Assembly (NCBI GenBank): GCA_964016885.1
Contig: OZ024742.1
Location: 161,200,001 to 161,264,000, forward strand
Length of the DNA: 64,000 bases
Reading direction: 5' to 3'
DNA from: Eledone cirrhosa
Taxonomy: Eukaryota
The position numbers were made by a program, and so were the translations under genes. This document shows, piece by piece, positions 12,660 through 26,372 of the stretch (position 1 is its first letter; each line of letters starts with the position of its first letter). Under the pieces are notes generated by a model. It was not told where the DNA came from and made no database searches. It saw only the letters and a program-made list of their open reading frames with translations.

Positions 12660-14093
12660 ACCGATATTCCCAAACCAAAAAGAAGTCAATGACTTGATCA
12701 GGGATATGGGTCTGACCAAGTCCAATGCAGAGCTATTCGTCTCCAGGATGAAGCAGTAGAACTTGGTCAAGGAGGAAGTGCAAGTGACAAGTCAGAGAAG
12801 TCGGCACGAACCTTTCTCAGGCTTTTACACTCTTAGGGATGGCCTCTGCTTCTGCCATGACGAGCCTGGACTGTTTGACGTTATTGGGGTGCCGTTTGTG
12901 CCCAGGAGTGGCGGCTATTTATAGACAGCTCCACCACAAGTTTAAAGGCTATCCTCCTCCACAATGGAAACAAGCTCCCGACACTGCCCCTAGCTCATTC
13001 AGTCTGCCTGAAGGAAGATTACTACACTGTGAAAGTCCTCTTGGAAGCTCTGCAATACAACCAGTACAATTGGGAAATTATTGGAGACTTCAAGATGGTG
13101 GCTTTCCTGCTTGGACTCCAAGGAGGCTTTATCAAATTCCAATGTTTCCTCTGCCTTTGGGACAGCAGAGCCACCTCTGACCACTATAAAAGAAAGAACT
13201 GGGAGCAGCGAACATAATTTGTAGTTAGGATCCGGAACGTCATGTGGGAGCCACTGGTTGATCCCAGGATTGTGCTCATGCCGCGACTGCACATTAAGTT
13301 GGGGTTGATGAAGCAGTTTGTGAAGGCTCTCAACCAAGAATCAGCCGCTTTTAAGTACCTTCTTGAGTTCTTCCCCAAGTTATCAAAGGTGGAATTTTTG
13401 TTGGACCTCAGATAAAGAAGGTGTTTGAGTCTACCGAGTTCTCCAATAAACTCAATAGGATTTAGAGAACAGCATGGAACTGTTTCAAGGCAGTTGTTAA
13501 GGGCTTCCTGGGCAACTACAGAGCTGAAAACTACCAGCAACTGTTGCAGGATCTGATAAAGGTTTTTGGCGCCATGGGATGCAGGATGTCGCTTAAACTC
13601 CATATGCTGGACGCTCACCTGGAAAAATTCAAGGACAATATGGGCGCCTACTCAGAAGAACAAAGCGAACGATTCCACCAAGATATGAAAGAGATAGAGC
13701 GGATGTACCAGGGCCACTACAATGAAAAAATGATGGGGGACTATATCTGGGGGCTAGTGCGGGAATGCGACCTGGACTACAACCGCAAATCCAGGAAATC
13801 CAGTCATTTCTGACGTGTATAAGTTGCTTTATAAGTGTTATTTGTTTTTACTTGTTTGCTTTTGATAAGCTTGTGTAATAAAATAAATATATACTCTGTT
13901 GATTTAATTATATGAACTGATAAATTTTAAAATAATGTGTTTTGTCTTGAAAAATATGAAAATTTCGAAATATCAAACTCCTGACCACAAACCCAAACTT
14001 CTGATTAAATAATAGTGTTTTTTTATAATAATGGGATACAACAAACCAGTAAATGACACTTAGAACCGGGGAACAAAAATATGTTACACGGTG
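12660..14093 (+). mobile_element. Chapaev3-like (CMC) DNA transposon remnant nested in hAT; 5' part missing
   Basis: Motifs GDFKMVAFLLGLQGG..CFLCLWDSR, LHIKLGLMKQFVKAL, MSLKLHML, SEEQSERFHQD, MMGDYIW. The right terminus ...TGTTACACGGTG is at 14093. The superfamily call rests on recalled motifs. Confidence 0.7.
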
Positions 14094-15329
14094 AATCATT
14101 AAGGAGGTCATATAATGTGTGACGAAAGAATTTTGACAAACAAATGAATAACGAACGATAAAGATAAAGTTACAATTATATGGCTGCGTATGTTTCTTTA
14201 TATTAGCAATATTGGCAACATAACCATCCCAAAATATAACAGAATATGTTGCAGGGAAATGTTCATTTCTGGTAGATTTACATTCCTGAGAGAAGCAGCT
14301 ATGTGGTGCAGTAACAGCAATTATTAAAGAATATCTTAACAATGTTGGTTTTAACCATTTTTGTGAATTAAAATATTGCCGTGTTTATTTGAAGCAAAAT
14401 TATCCAAAAGATGAACATATTAACCATAAGTTTCTATATCAAATAATTTACAAAGACAAAATTCAGCAAGCTTTTCCAAACGTAGAAAACATTTTATGAT
14501 TATTCCTAAGTTTGATGATTATAAATTGCTTAGGAGAAAGATCTTTTTCACGGCTACTCTCGGCTCTCGAATTATCGCCCCACTCCCGCTTATTAATTTT
14601 TCAGATTTTATTAATTTAATTGAAAGGAACATTTCGTAACTAATTTAATTTTGAAATCGTTAATAAATGATAATCGTGTATAATTATTTAAAAATTTTTT
14701 ATTCGAATTTCATATAACTTAGGGCCTCAGCAGGTGAACAACCGGCCCTGTACTCAAACCATGCATAAAGTGTATTACAACACAACCAGTCCTAATTTAT
14801 AGTAGTGAAACTTTGACATTTACTATCCAACAACATATACATCCTTGTTTCAACATAAGCTAGAGGTAACATGAGACTCATAGAAATATTCGATGGACTT
14901 CTTCGTATTTCTGATATTGTGCGAAAGAGGAGGGGGATATTTGAATCTCCCATCACGCCTGAAATGAAGCTGCGTCTCCTTTAGAGCTTTGGAAACCAGC
15001 ATGTCAAAAGTCAAAGAAGTCGTAAGCTTTCTTTTCTAGATGTCATAACCAGAGATCGGTATTAAAGTCCGGGATCTATGAGCGACAGACTTACCTATAG
15101 ATCTATCATTGAATCTATTTCGGGTGAAACTGCAGGATGATGTATTACTTTAATCAACTCACTCATTATGAAAAATCTCATAAAACACAGCACAAAATAC
15201 ATTACATTAAATCATAAAATAACACTAATAATATACTACAAAAATTTTAATTAAAATCTTCTTATCAGTAACAAACCGTGAAGTCCCTGGCTGAGGAATA
15301 GGGTGTTCTTCTGATAAGTTCATGAGTGA

Positions 15330-15590
15330 TTTCCGGCAGCGTGTGGGTATTTGAGCATGACATTTTTTAAACGTTTCTCCAGTCAACTTCAGCTGGCAAA
15401 AAAGTACCTGTAATTCAAAGGGCCGGCTTGCCTCTCGCTGTGTCCCGTTAAATATTCCTGAGAACTATGCTAACAATGCACGTGCCTGTAGAATCATCAG
15501 CTACTCGCACGTTAATTTCACAAGCAGGCTCTTCCGTTGTTTGAATGACTGGAACAGCCATCATGGAAACCGACGGATGTCCAACACATC
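15330..15590. repeat. Interspersed SINE-like repeat, related to 7500-7565
   Basis: caagcaggctcttccgttgtttgaatgactggaac is the reverse complement counterpart of ccaggtgattcaatcaaccgaacagcctgctcg at about 7530-7560. Confidence 0.45.
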
Positions 15591-16009
15591 AGTAACAAAT
15601 TACAAGCCTGTAATCCATTGGATTTACAAATTTGATTACAACTATGAAAGTTGTAAACTTCATAAATCCAATTGATATGTTAGCCATACAAACACGACAC
15701 GTTCCCTCCGGTTCTCCATACACAAGAAGAAATTGCAATACATTACATCACACAATAACTAAAACAGAACTAGATTTAAAAAACATTAGTTAACAATACA
15801 TTTATGTTATACAGAAAAAAAGGAAAGAAAAGAAGCCGGTTATTATACGGGACTAATATATATTTTCCATTAGTATTTCCGTTGTTGATACAATCTGTCG
15901 GTCGCAACTCCCGGTAGGAGGCGTACTTCGAACTCAAAATGCACAAAACCGGATCAGACACTGCAATGCATCCTATCCGACTCTTTAACAATTTTGCCAA
16001 TCCACCGAC

Positions 16010-16150
16010 ACCATGGACTGATACTTTATTTATCGTCCTCCAAAGGATGAACGTCAAAGTTGACCTTGGCAAGATTTGAACACAAAGCGCAGAGAACCGG
16101 AACAAATACCGAGGTATTTAATCCTACGCTCTAACGATTCGGTCAATACA
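16010..16150 (-). mobile_element. tRNA-derived SINE (Meta-like family)
   Basis: actgatactttatttatcg...aaggatgaacgtcaaagttgaccttggcaagatttgaac. Confidence 0.7.
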
Positions 16151-16289
16151 GAATTGTTCAGAAAAATTGAAGACTAATGTTTGAAACAATACTCATAAGA
16201 CAGCACAATGGTAGAACACTGATAACATGAAACAGCCATAACGATAAACACCTGTGCCATGACACACAACCAGGGGTTACAGTAGAAGA

Positions 16290-17215
16290 CATTAGCTCCT
16301 ATGTTACAATTTTTTGTATATTTTCCATTGTCCCAAAGTGACGACTCTTCCACATCATCGATTTCAACTTAGGTAAGAGGTAGAAATCACACAGAGCTAG
16401 ATCTGGGCTGTAGAGAGGATATGGAAGAAGGGAGATGTTTTTCTTCACCAGAAATTCTTTAATTGAAAGTGCTGTGTGAGCAGGCACGTTATCATGGTGC
16501 AATACCCAATCTCCTGCAATGTCCTTTCGGACTCGCTGGACCCGTTTTCAAAGTCGTCCTAAGACATCTTTGTAGAGGGTGAGATTAACTGTCTGTCCTG
16601 GAGGTAAAAATGATAATCCCCGTTTTCACCCTGAATCTGGTTATGCGTGCTTTTTTCGGATGGTTCGGATGGGAAGAATTTTTCGTTTGCCACTCCTTAC
16701 TTTGTCATTTTGTCTCTGGATTGTATTCGAACACCCATGTTTTATCTCCTTTTATTATTTTATCCAAAAAAATTGGCTCAATTTCGAGTCTTTCTAGCAA
16801 ATGCTGACAAATTTCCAACCGGTTCGCTTTTTGCTCCACAGTATCTTTCTGCATAAATTTTTCGCATGTGCAAATGTTAAAATTCTGTGAACTGCATGTT
16901 TATCCAAGCTCTTTTCTTATGCAATCATCCTAACACTTAATTGTTGATCTTTCGCCATCACCACTCATTGTTCATTAGTTGACAGAATTAACTTTCTAGA
17001 ACAAGGTTCGTCTTCAACATTTTCTCGGCCCTCTTTGAAAGCTTTTTGCCACTTAGAAACCTGACTTCTCGATAGAATGATATCTCCATAAGCTTGTATT
17101 CAAGAATTAAATGTTTCGGTTGCAGATTTGTTGAGTTTCACACAAAATTTGATGGCGTACCTTTGTTCGATATTTCCCTGCATTGCAAACGTAACAGATG
17201 TTATAAACACGTCTG
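16290..17215 (-). mobile_element. Decayed mariner transposon
   Basis: LHHDNVPAH and YSPDLALCDFYLLPKLK (mariner YSPDL motif), with frameshifts. Confidence 0.85.
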
Positions 17216-17227
17216 TATATAAACAGT

Positions 17228-17410
17228 AATTGTTTCTACTTTAGGCACAAGGCCAGCAATTACCCAGTGCATTACTGGTACTTTATTTTATCGACCCCGT
17301 AAGGATGAAAGGCAAAGTCAACCTCGGCGGGATTTGAACTCAGATCGTAAAGGGACGTAACTATGCTGGAAAGCATGGCGTCCGACCCTCTACCGATACT
17401 GCCAATCCAC
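17228..17410 (-). mobile_element. Full-length tRNA-derived SINE (Meta-like central domain)
   Basis: Minus strand: A box TGGCAGTATCGG, B box GAGTTCAAATCC, central gactttgcctttcatccttacggggtcgataaaataaagtaccag, 3' gtagaaacaatt. Confidence 0.85.
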
Positions 17411-17749
17411 AGTAAACAGTAATAACTCCCGACTATACTCAATCGATCATATTGAAACAAGTATGTAAGTGCAACCAAGGTCATAACTAACACGCCTATA
17501 TACATCAATGAGGTGCTGCGTTACCATGTCGTACATAGAAAAATCAGTACTCTTACTTTTGCAACAAACCTCGTATATACATGCTTACATACATGTTTTA
17601 TTCATAGTACACTACATATTGGCTTTCAATTGTTTCTTGAATATGTTTGACTCCAACACATGTATTGAGTTCTTTATCATATCATGTATCATATGGTTTT
17701 AACATATCTCTATATACGTATGTTAAAAAACTACACATAAATGCCCGTA

Positions 17750-17823
17750 TTTACGCATGTGTATGTGTTTCTGTGTGTGCGTATATACATAGGTGTGTGT
17801 GCGCATATGTATGTGTGTGTATG

Positions 17824-17892
<69 letters not shown>

Positions 17893-18071
17893 GTGTGCGT
17901 GTGTGTGTGCGTGTGTGTATATGTGTATGTGTGAGTGTGCATGTTAGAAAGACACTGGTGATTAGAATGTGTGAGTGTATGTGTGAATATGTGTATGTCG
18001 GTTTGCATGTACATATATATGTGTATATATATATACACACACACATATATATATATATATATACACACACA

Positions 18072-18113
<42 letters not shown>

Positions 18114-19010
18114 GATACACCAAGGAGTGTTAAGGACATCATCTGCATGTAGTAGTGTATCTAGAGCATGTCAGTCTGGCGGAAACCATGCCTCTTTAAG
18201 TGACACTCAAGTGAGGATTTGAACTCGGCACTGCAAGATAGCGAAACAATCGTCGATTATACTGTGCTCCCGCTGTTTTCAGCGTTGAACTTTGTCACCC
18301 GACATATGTGCATGCGTTGATGTCTATCTGTGAGTGCGCATGCGCTCGTATGTGTATTTGCATTTCTGTGTATATGCAGGTAAATATTCATGTATGAATA
18401 TATCATGTATGCATTGTATGTATGTATGCATTTTTGTATCTAAATATATATATGAGTGTGTGCATATATGTATATGTATTTATGTAAGTATAGTATGCAT
18501 ATGTGTATGCTTGTAAGTATTTATGTATACGTGTACGCATGTATGTGAGTACGTATATATGTATATATGCATGCATGTAGAAATATAGCTTCGATATATA
18601 TATTTATGTGTGTGTGTGTGTATTATTTATGTATGTATGTATTTGTCTGTATGTATTTATGCATATCAACGCATAATGTATAACGTATGTAAGAATATGC
18701 AAAAATAAGTTTGCATATATATATATATGAGTGTGTGTGTGTATATACAAGCATATATTAATACATAGACATAAACACACAAGTATTAGTATTTTAGAAT
18801 GTGTGCGTGTATGTGTACGTCTGTGTATAACGATGTATGTACTCAGGCATAAACGTCTAATTTACAGATGTATGTATGCTTGCATGTATATATATATATA
18901 TATATATATGTATATGTGTGTGTGTGTTTGTGTGTATGTATATACATAATTATGTGTATATGTATGTGTATATGTATATTTATATATATATATATAAATA
19001 CACACACACA
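17750..19010. repeat. Compound (GT)n/(TA)n/(TATG)n microsatellite field
   Basis: Direct inspection. Confidence 0.9.
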
Positions 19011-19139
19011 TCGAAAATTGTTTGACTTTTTCTCGTGAGAAATAATGAAGTTAGGTAGGAAAAAAATATACAGAGTTGAGCTACATACATTCATGCACAT
19101 GCGGTGTTGCTGGATGTAGGAAATTCTGTATTCTACCTT

Positions 19140-19330
19140 GTCGCATTTTCATTTCACACGATACTGCCTACAAGTATCCTGAATTCCTGAATACCGTGAT
19201 AACTGAAGGTGAGACATGTGTATACGCATACGACCCGGAAACCAAAGCTCATTCATCATAATGGAAGCATCCAACTTCAGCATGGCCCACAAAAGTATGT
19301 CAGATGCCGAGCAAAATCAAGGTGGAGCTA
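19140..19330 (+). pseudogene. mariner transposase fragment (first catalytic D region)
   Basis: FLNTVITEGETCVYAYDPETKAHSS resembles ITGDETWVYxYDPETKxQS. Confidence 0.7.
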
Positions 19331-19385
19331 AACTGTCGAAGCGCTCTGCATCAGGAATAAGCTGTAGAAGAACAAATCTAATATA

Positions 19386-19565
19386 TAATTGTTTCTACTT
19401 TTGGCACAAGGCCAGCAATTATCCCAGTGTATTACTGGTACTTTATTTTATCAACCACGTAAGGATGAAAGGCAAAGTTAACCTCGGCGGGATATGAACT
19501 CAGACTATAAAGGGCTGTAACTCTTTGCTGCAAAGCATGGCGCCCAACCCTCTACCAATATTGCG
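19386..19565 (-). mobile_element. tRNA-derived SINE (Meta-like family)
   Basis: Close match to 17228-17410. Confidence 0.85.
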
Positions 19566-20079
19566 ACACTGTGTCGGAGATATCTTTTCTGAAGATGTTA
19601 TTAAAATAAGTTGGATTACTTTGAATAAATCATGAATGAATATTATGTAATTTATCTACTAAATTTGGTAGCTTTTGATAAATATTCTTATATATAATGT
19701 ATTGCTTATTTTAATATTCACTACTTTCCGGTTAGCGTCCGTTATATTATAACACATATAGCTGTACACTATATCACATCGTTTATATAATGTTCATATA
19801 TTTACATCATGAATTTTTTTTTTATTTCCGTCGTTAATTTTCTCCTTTTTCGTTTTCATAAAATTTCCCCGTAACGCAGTTTATATATAATATCGCCTTT
19901 TTTAAATGTATCATGGATTACTTTACTGATTTCAGAAGAGAATGTAACACAGCCTCTCTTCAATTTCTGTGCATATTCTCAATTACGATTTTATTTGACG
20001 TATCATATCTACATGCATATATATTTGCGTATAATATCAATATGCACACTACACGCGCTAACAGAAAACTGCCCGAAGG

Positions 20080-20340
20080 GTGGTTTTAATGCTAGTAGTT
20101 ATAAAAGAGTTACTCTCAAGAAATTTTCCGTTCTTTTTTGCGATGCCGTTCGGTGCAAGACATCGGATTTGTTGGCCTTGAAAAACTGCAGCTGCATCAT
20201 GAGAACACCCTGGCTCAGACGTCGCAGCAAATCTAAGTTTTCTTAGTAAATTAAGGTATTTTACTCATTCGCTACGTTCCCTATTCTCCAGACATGGCAC
20301 CTTCTGACATGTGATTGTTCCCGGAAATGAAGATGCTACA
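20080..20340 (+). pseudogene. mariner transposase C-terminal fragment
   Basis: LHHEN.. and YSPDMAPSD-like sequence (tattctccagacatggcaccttctgac). Confidence 0.55.
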
Positions 20341-20503
20341 AAAAGGCTTCTGCTGTGTATATAGTAAAGTTGCTCAAAAACAAATATAAAATATGAGCGA
20401 CAAATGAACAAATGCACCTACTTTGTGAGTTAAGCAAAGAAGTGTATACCGTTACAATAGTAATAAATGTTGCGAATGAAAACAAAACGACATCTATATA
20501 TTT

Positions 20504-20617
20504 ATAGGAAAAGAGTCAGGAGCCCAAGGGCTGAGCTCCAGCCGTTTCGACAGCTGTTCGGGTCTAGCTGTCGAAACGGCCGGAGCTCAGCCTTCGGGGT
20601 CCTGGCTCTTTTCCTAT
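20504..20617. repeat. 114-bp palindromic MITE-like element
   Basis: ataggaaaagag...cagccgtttcgacagct / agctgtcgaaacggc...ctcttttcctat. Confidence 0.75.
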
Positions 20618-20914
20618 TACCCACTCTACTACCCTAAGTATCGAGTACTCTGGTGCGTTATGGTCCACTTAGATCCTTACCACACTTCCTTCGTTATATA
20701 TATATATATATATATGTGGAGAGGGGCGTAACGTGCAGGTGCTGTAATTTCACCCGAGCTTCATTCATTACCATAGCAGAGGTCCGACGAGCTTTTGATT
20801 CCAGTGTGGGGCCAGATCGATACAGATCGAACCTTGAGCAAATCAATAAGGAAACGCGCATCACTACTCAATAAACGTAATAAAGACATAACAAATCGTC
20901 CTTTTGTGAATTTT

Positions 20915-21107
20915 TGGTAGTATCGGTAGAGGGTTGGTCGCCATGCTTTGCAGAATAGAGTTACGGCCCTTTACAGTCTGAGTTCAAATCCTGCCGAGGC
21001 TAACTTTACCTTTCATCCTTACGGGGTCGATAAAATAAAGTACCAGTAATGTACTGGATAATTGCTGGCCTTGTGCCAAATGTAGAAACAATTATTATTA
21101 TTATTAT

Positions 21108-21110
<3 letters not shown>
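20915..21110 (+). mobile_element. tRNA-derived SINE with (ATT)n tail
   Basis: A box at 20915, B box at 20980-20991, Meta-like domain, attattatt tail followed by (AGT)n. Confidence 0.85.
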
Positions 21111-21161
<51 letters not shown>

Positions 21162-21165
<4 letters not shown>

Positions 21166-24117
21166 CGACTACACGGACCACAAATTTGTGATCTGTGAAG
21201 TTGACTTAGATAGACCCCATAGGCAAGGCCCGGCTACTGGAAGCTGAACGCGTCGTTCCCGGCGCGCAAAGCTTGCAGGGACCGGATTAGCGAATTAGTT
21301 AAGCGTGCGTTGACGGGTGCGATCGTCAACAACAGATGGTGGTTTACCCTGAAAAGTCTATTAGAGTAGAGTCGATAAGGTTTAGCAAAGGAGTAGTGGT
21401 AGAGGAAAATAGAGTAGAGGGAGAGTTAGTTAGAAAGCTAGAAGAGGCGTTTATGACAGGCCTCGCAACCGACGTGCTTGCGGCGAGATTGGCACTCGAC
21501 TAATTCTTCAACGCAAAGCATGAAGGCTGCGTTGTCAGAGCTAGAGCGCGTGCTCTAAGACACGAGGGGACGAAAGCAGTTCAATGGGCCCGGGTGGTGG
21601 AGGCGCGACGTGGCAACAAGTCCACAATTCGGTCTTTCCCTGATCAAAACGGGCGCATGTTGCTCGAACCCGAGCAGATGTGTGCGGCTTTTCAACAGCA
21701 CTTTGCTCGATTGTTCGGAAGTGGCGGGCCGGATCAGGGTATGGACTTCGGTGCATACCTCGACGGACTGCCGCGGCTCTCGACGATCGCAGCGCAGTGC
21801 TGCGAAAGGCCGATAACAGCCAATGAAATACGGGAAGCGATGTCTGACTGCACGAGGGGTAAATCGCCAGGTTTTGATGGTTTACCCTACGAGCTTTATG
21901 CGTATATGCCAGACTAGTTTGGCGACCTCTTGGATGTCTACTGCAACTGGCAGCAAAACGGGAGCATTCCCAGTTTTGTGAGACGGAGAGCAGTGGCGCT
22001 GCTGAGAAAAGACCCGAACAAGGAGGACGTTATAGACAACTTCAGGCCCATAACTCTGCTAAACGCAGAGTTTAAGGTTTTGGCCAAGGTGTTAGCAAAG
22101 AGATTGGCGCTTGTCGTCGGTGATCTGGTGGGAGAGGCGCAGACATGCGCCATTCCGGACAGATCAATCCACGGCAACCTCCATCTCATGCGATACATCA
22201 TAGAGAGGGTGGTTAAGGAACCTGGAACGGGTGGGACCCTGATCAACTTGGATCAATCTAAAGCATTTGATATGGTCGACCATCGGTACCTGGCTGTCGT
22301 CCTCGAGGCGGTCGGCTTCGGGTCCTATTTGGGGGCTGGATCGCTGCGATGCACAGCGACATCTGATAGATTGTGAGGGTGAATGGTCACCTGTCACAGC
22401 CGTTCAGAATCATGCGCTCGGTCCGCCAGGGTTGCCCCCTCTCGTCCCTCTTGTACGTACTGGCCCTCGAGCCGTTACTTCACAAATTGGAGACGATGAG
22501 TGGAATCCCACGCGAACTGGGATGCGGGAAATCCGAGAGGCTTACGCCGACGACGTCACCGTGGTGGTGTCGAGCGCCAAACACGCCCAGATGCTCGGCA
22601 CTGCTCTCAAGGAATACGAAGCGGTGACAGGAGCAAAAATAAACCAGGAAAAGTCGGTTGGCTTGCAACTCGGCACCTGGAAAGGCAAGTCCATGTCGTC
22701 CCACAGCGTCGTAGGGCGATGGACGGAAGGACCGGTTAAATTGTTTTGGGTCTGGTTCGGTCCGGACCTTCAGATGGAGAAAAACTGGAGCGAGGTGACG
22801 AGCAGGGTGGCCTCTCTCACCCAGAAATTGACCGAGAGGAGGCTGTCCCTGAAAGGTCGGGCGGGGGTGGCGGATGTGTACATAGCGTCCATCATCTGCT
22901 ACCGCCTGACCGTCGTACCTTGCCCCCGTCCAACTCTGACCAAAATGGAGAGCCTTCTCTTCCGCTTTTTGTGGAAGAGACGTGCTCCCATGGTCAGACG
23001 ATCCATTTTCTATCAACAGCCGTTGCGTGGAGGACTAGGCATGCCGTGGATGATGATGTGCAAACATGCGCTGAGGCTGCGACATCTCTGGTGCTTCCTT
23101 GACGGTGAACAGGTGTGGTCGCCGTTTGCCAGACGCGCTTTTCCCCAGCTCGTCTCTTTGACGGAGCTGCAGTCCTGGATCAGGAAAAAAACCGAGAGAT
23201 AGCGCTTGGAAGCTGGAATATCTCCAAGCGATAACCGCCCTCTACCAGCTGGGCACTAGTTTCGGTGGAACATCCACCTCGGCGTTCTATAGAGGGATAG
23301 TGGAGGGAAAGAGCGATGACGTTCGTTCTCGGGGAGACCCTGGGCGTCGAAGACGATCAGCTGTTCGCTCTCTTCAAGAGAATTTTCAGACCGGGGCCTA
23401 TGGACCACTTCCAGAAATTCCTGGCCTGGCAGTGCTACCAGGGAGCGTTGCCGGTTCGGGATAAGCTCTACAGGCACGGAGGTGCTGTCAACCGAGCCTG
23501 TCCGAGATGCGCGCAGAGCGACGAAACTGTCGTGCACGCACTCGTTCAGTGCCCGAGCATTGCCGACTTGTGGAGCTATGTCGAACAGCTGCTGTCGCGT
23601 GTAGAACGGATCCAGTTATCGACAGTCCATTGTGCGGATAGGAAGGGCAGGCGGTTTTCATCTGCCTGGTGGCCATGGCGAAAGAGATTGTGTGGTGGAC
23701 AAGGTTGAAAGGGTTGAAGACGGACACTTTCCTCTCCGACCAATCCCTGATTAACTTTTTCAAGTTTCACTTGAAGAGGAAAATCCGGGTGGAGAGGCAA
23801 GTGCTGCCTTCTCGCAAGTTTGTTGAAAGGTGGGGGAGAGTGGCGAGTCTGGTCTGAGTATACGCCTGTAGAGTGGGAAAAGTGAAAGAGGGCGCTTGCC
23901 CTGGTGGTCAGGGTGGCCGTAGTATTTTGTGTGGTTTTCACCACGAGTGACCCTCGGAGGTTTCCCTCTTCTTGGGGAATTTTTGTTGTTTGAATTTTTT
24001 TGGATTTCTAGCCCGATTTTGTTATAACCTGTTTACACGATCCAAAACCCACTTTGTATCGCCCTGTACCGTTCAGTGCCGTCTGTAATGTTTTTCTTCA
24101 TGTTAGCCTTTGTAGCA
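21162..24117 (+). mobile_element. Tx1/L1-clade LINE copy 1, 5'-truncated, with frameshifted ORF2
   Basis: TDH, GYWKLNAS, KSPGFDGLPYELY, NFRPITLLN, LDQSKAFD, VRQGCPLS, AYADD, CPRC..ETV.H...QC. T-rich 3' UTR and ATT tail. Confidence 0.9.
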
Positions 24118-24119
24118 TT

Positions 24120-26372
24120 ATTATTATGATTATTATTATCATTTTTATTTTCTTTCATTATTGTTTCTGAGATATATGCCGAGTGTCTTCCTGACACCTA
24201 GGGCAAATAAATTCACAGTGTGCATTGGTAAGCTAGTTAATACAGCACATTGATTATAATTAAAAAAACAGTATACATATATACACATGTGCATATGCAT
24301 ATGTAAATACAAGGAGGGATATCAATCTTACAGAGATAGTGCTCTTCTCAATACGTGTGCAGTACCAGTCAAAACAATTTTTTGGACCTCGTTCAGAGAG
24401 GGTAACCCAGGTATCATTCGCAAATATTGCTCTGTTCCTTTCTTAATCATTTCCAGTCCTCCCACAATCACTGGTATTGTAACGGCCTTGAGGTGCCACA
24501 TTTTCTCAATTTCAATAAGCAGATCTTTATATTTTCGTAGCTTGTCAAATTCTTTTGCCGCGATATTGCGATCACATAGGATGCTCATATCTATCAATAA
24601 ACAGACCTTGTTATGTTGATCTTTTACAATGATGTCAGGTCTATTTGCTTTTATGGTCCTGTCAGTATGTACAGGAAAGTCCCAGAGAATTGTTACTTTT
24701 TCTCCTTCAGTTACAGCCTCAGGGTAATGATTGTACCATTTGCCTTCAGCTTTGATTTTGTAGTAGATATTGGCCAACTCTGTCATGTCTATATTTGTAT
24801 TCTACTGGTGCTAAAACTTTATATCCAGAGACTAAGTGATCCACTGTTTCAACCTCAGCATTGCAGAATCGGAACTTTGGGTTTATTCCGTTTCTCATCA
24901 CATTGGCCTGGTAATTACGAGTCAATAAGCTTTGATCTTGGGCAGCTAAGATGAGCCTTCACTCTCCGCCTTTAGCCCTGAACTACGTAGCCACTGATGG
25001 GTGTGCTTTTAGTCAACATCAGCTTGTTTGCTACGGGCCACATATTTGCCATGCAGAGGTTTCTGCTCCCATTTGATGCTAATTGTCCTTGCCCTTTTGC
25101 TTTTGCCAGTAATTTTATGTGCCTAGCAGCATTAGTCGCAACAGTTTCTTTAGTCTGTCCAGCCTGGGTATCAAGCATGAGATCAGTAGCATATTTGTTG
25201 CTCTCCTTCAAGATAGAATGAAGCTTCTTTCTTCTCACATGCTTTTCAACAAGTTTCAGCATACAGTCGTTAGTTGTTTCAAGGTATTTGGCCAGTCCAA
25301 TGATGGTGGTCTTGTAAGCAAGTTCAAATTGGATCAGGCCACAGCCTACTTGAGTTCTAGGAAGGTAAAGACGATCCACATCTGCTTTTGGGTGGTGCAT
25401 CCTATTACAGGTCAGTAGCTTACGGACTTTGGTGTCGATTCTTTTGATTTCACTCATATTCCAGTTCAACACACCGAAGCTATAAGTGACAACTGGGACT
25501 GCCAAGGAATTGTTACGAGCGTTTAGTTCTGATCCCAGAACTGCACGTACTCTCCTATAACATTCTTTCCTTATCCTCTCTTTCATACTTGCATGCTGTA
25601 TGCCACAGCCTCATTAATCCCTAAGTATTTATAGGTTTGTTCCTGCTCAAGTTCCTTTATGATTGTTTCAACATCCAATTCAACTGAGTCTGAGTTGACA
25701 AGCTTCCTCTTCTTGAAAGTGGCTTTTGCACACTTGTCAAGTCCAAACTCCATCCTGATGTCATCGCTAAACGTTTTTACTGTCCGCAAAAGGCCTTCCA
25801 GTTCGTCATTATTTTTGCAATATAGCTTCAAATCATCCATATAAAATAGGTGGTTTATTTTTTTGTTGTCAATTCTATAACCCGACCCGGTTCTATTAAG
25901 TTCGGATGTAAGGGATATTAAAGCTATGCAGAAAAGCAAGGGTGAAAGTGAGTCACCCTGGAATATACCACAGTTGATGTTTATATTCCTAGAGCAAAGT
26001 ACCCCAGAGGAAGGAGACAATTGGAGATTTGTGTTGCATAATGACATATTGTGTTTCAGGAAGTTTGAGATCACAGGTGAGATTTTGAAGATATCCAGTG
26101 ATTTCAGAATCCATGCGTGTGGTTTGCTGTGAAAGGCTTTTTTATAATCAATCCATGCAGAACTGAGATTTCTGTGTTTATTGTGACAGTTCTCAAGGAT
26201 CATACGATTAATCAAACGTTGATCTTTGCAACCATATGAACCTCGTCGGCACCCTTTTTGTTCAATGGGGGAAAGATTGTTCTCCTCCTAAATCACGTAA
26301 GCTTTTTCCATGAGAATAGAAGTTATGGGTCGATAGTTTATTGGTCGGTGGTTTTTTTGATCTTTGGTTTTG
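24120..26372 (-). mobile_element. Dong/R4-clade RLE retrotransposon, 5'-truncated, with its 3' end in a (TAA)n tract
   Basis: NYRPI, WIDYKKAF, GIFQGDSLSPLLF, HLFYMDDLKLY, FGLDKC, YKYLG, and RLE RPDIIV..ID....KE..K..KY. Frameshifted. Confidence 0.9.

Noticed and set aside
11781-12692. Host ZMYM1-like gene
   Set aside because: Fragmented by stops, frameshifts and insertions and bounded by a hAT-type terminus, so it is a dead transposase.
17330-17410. tRNA gene (A/B boxes)
   Set aside because: The boxes are too widely spaced, there is no cloverleaf, and the sequence is the head of a multi-copy SINE.
17647-19100. ORFs rich in CV/HT/YI/MYVC (also at 35.4-36.4, 37.5-42.4 and 48.6-49.1 kb)
   Set aside because: Translations of stop-free microsatellites.
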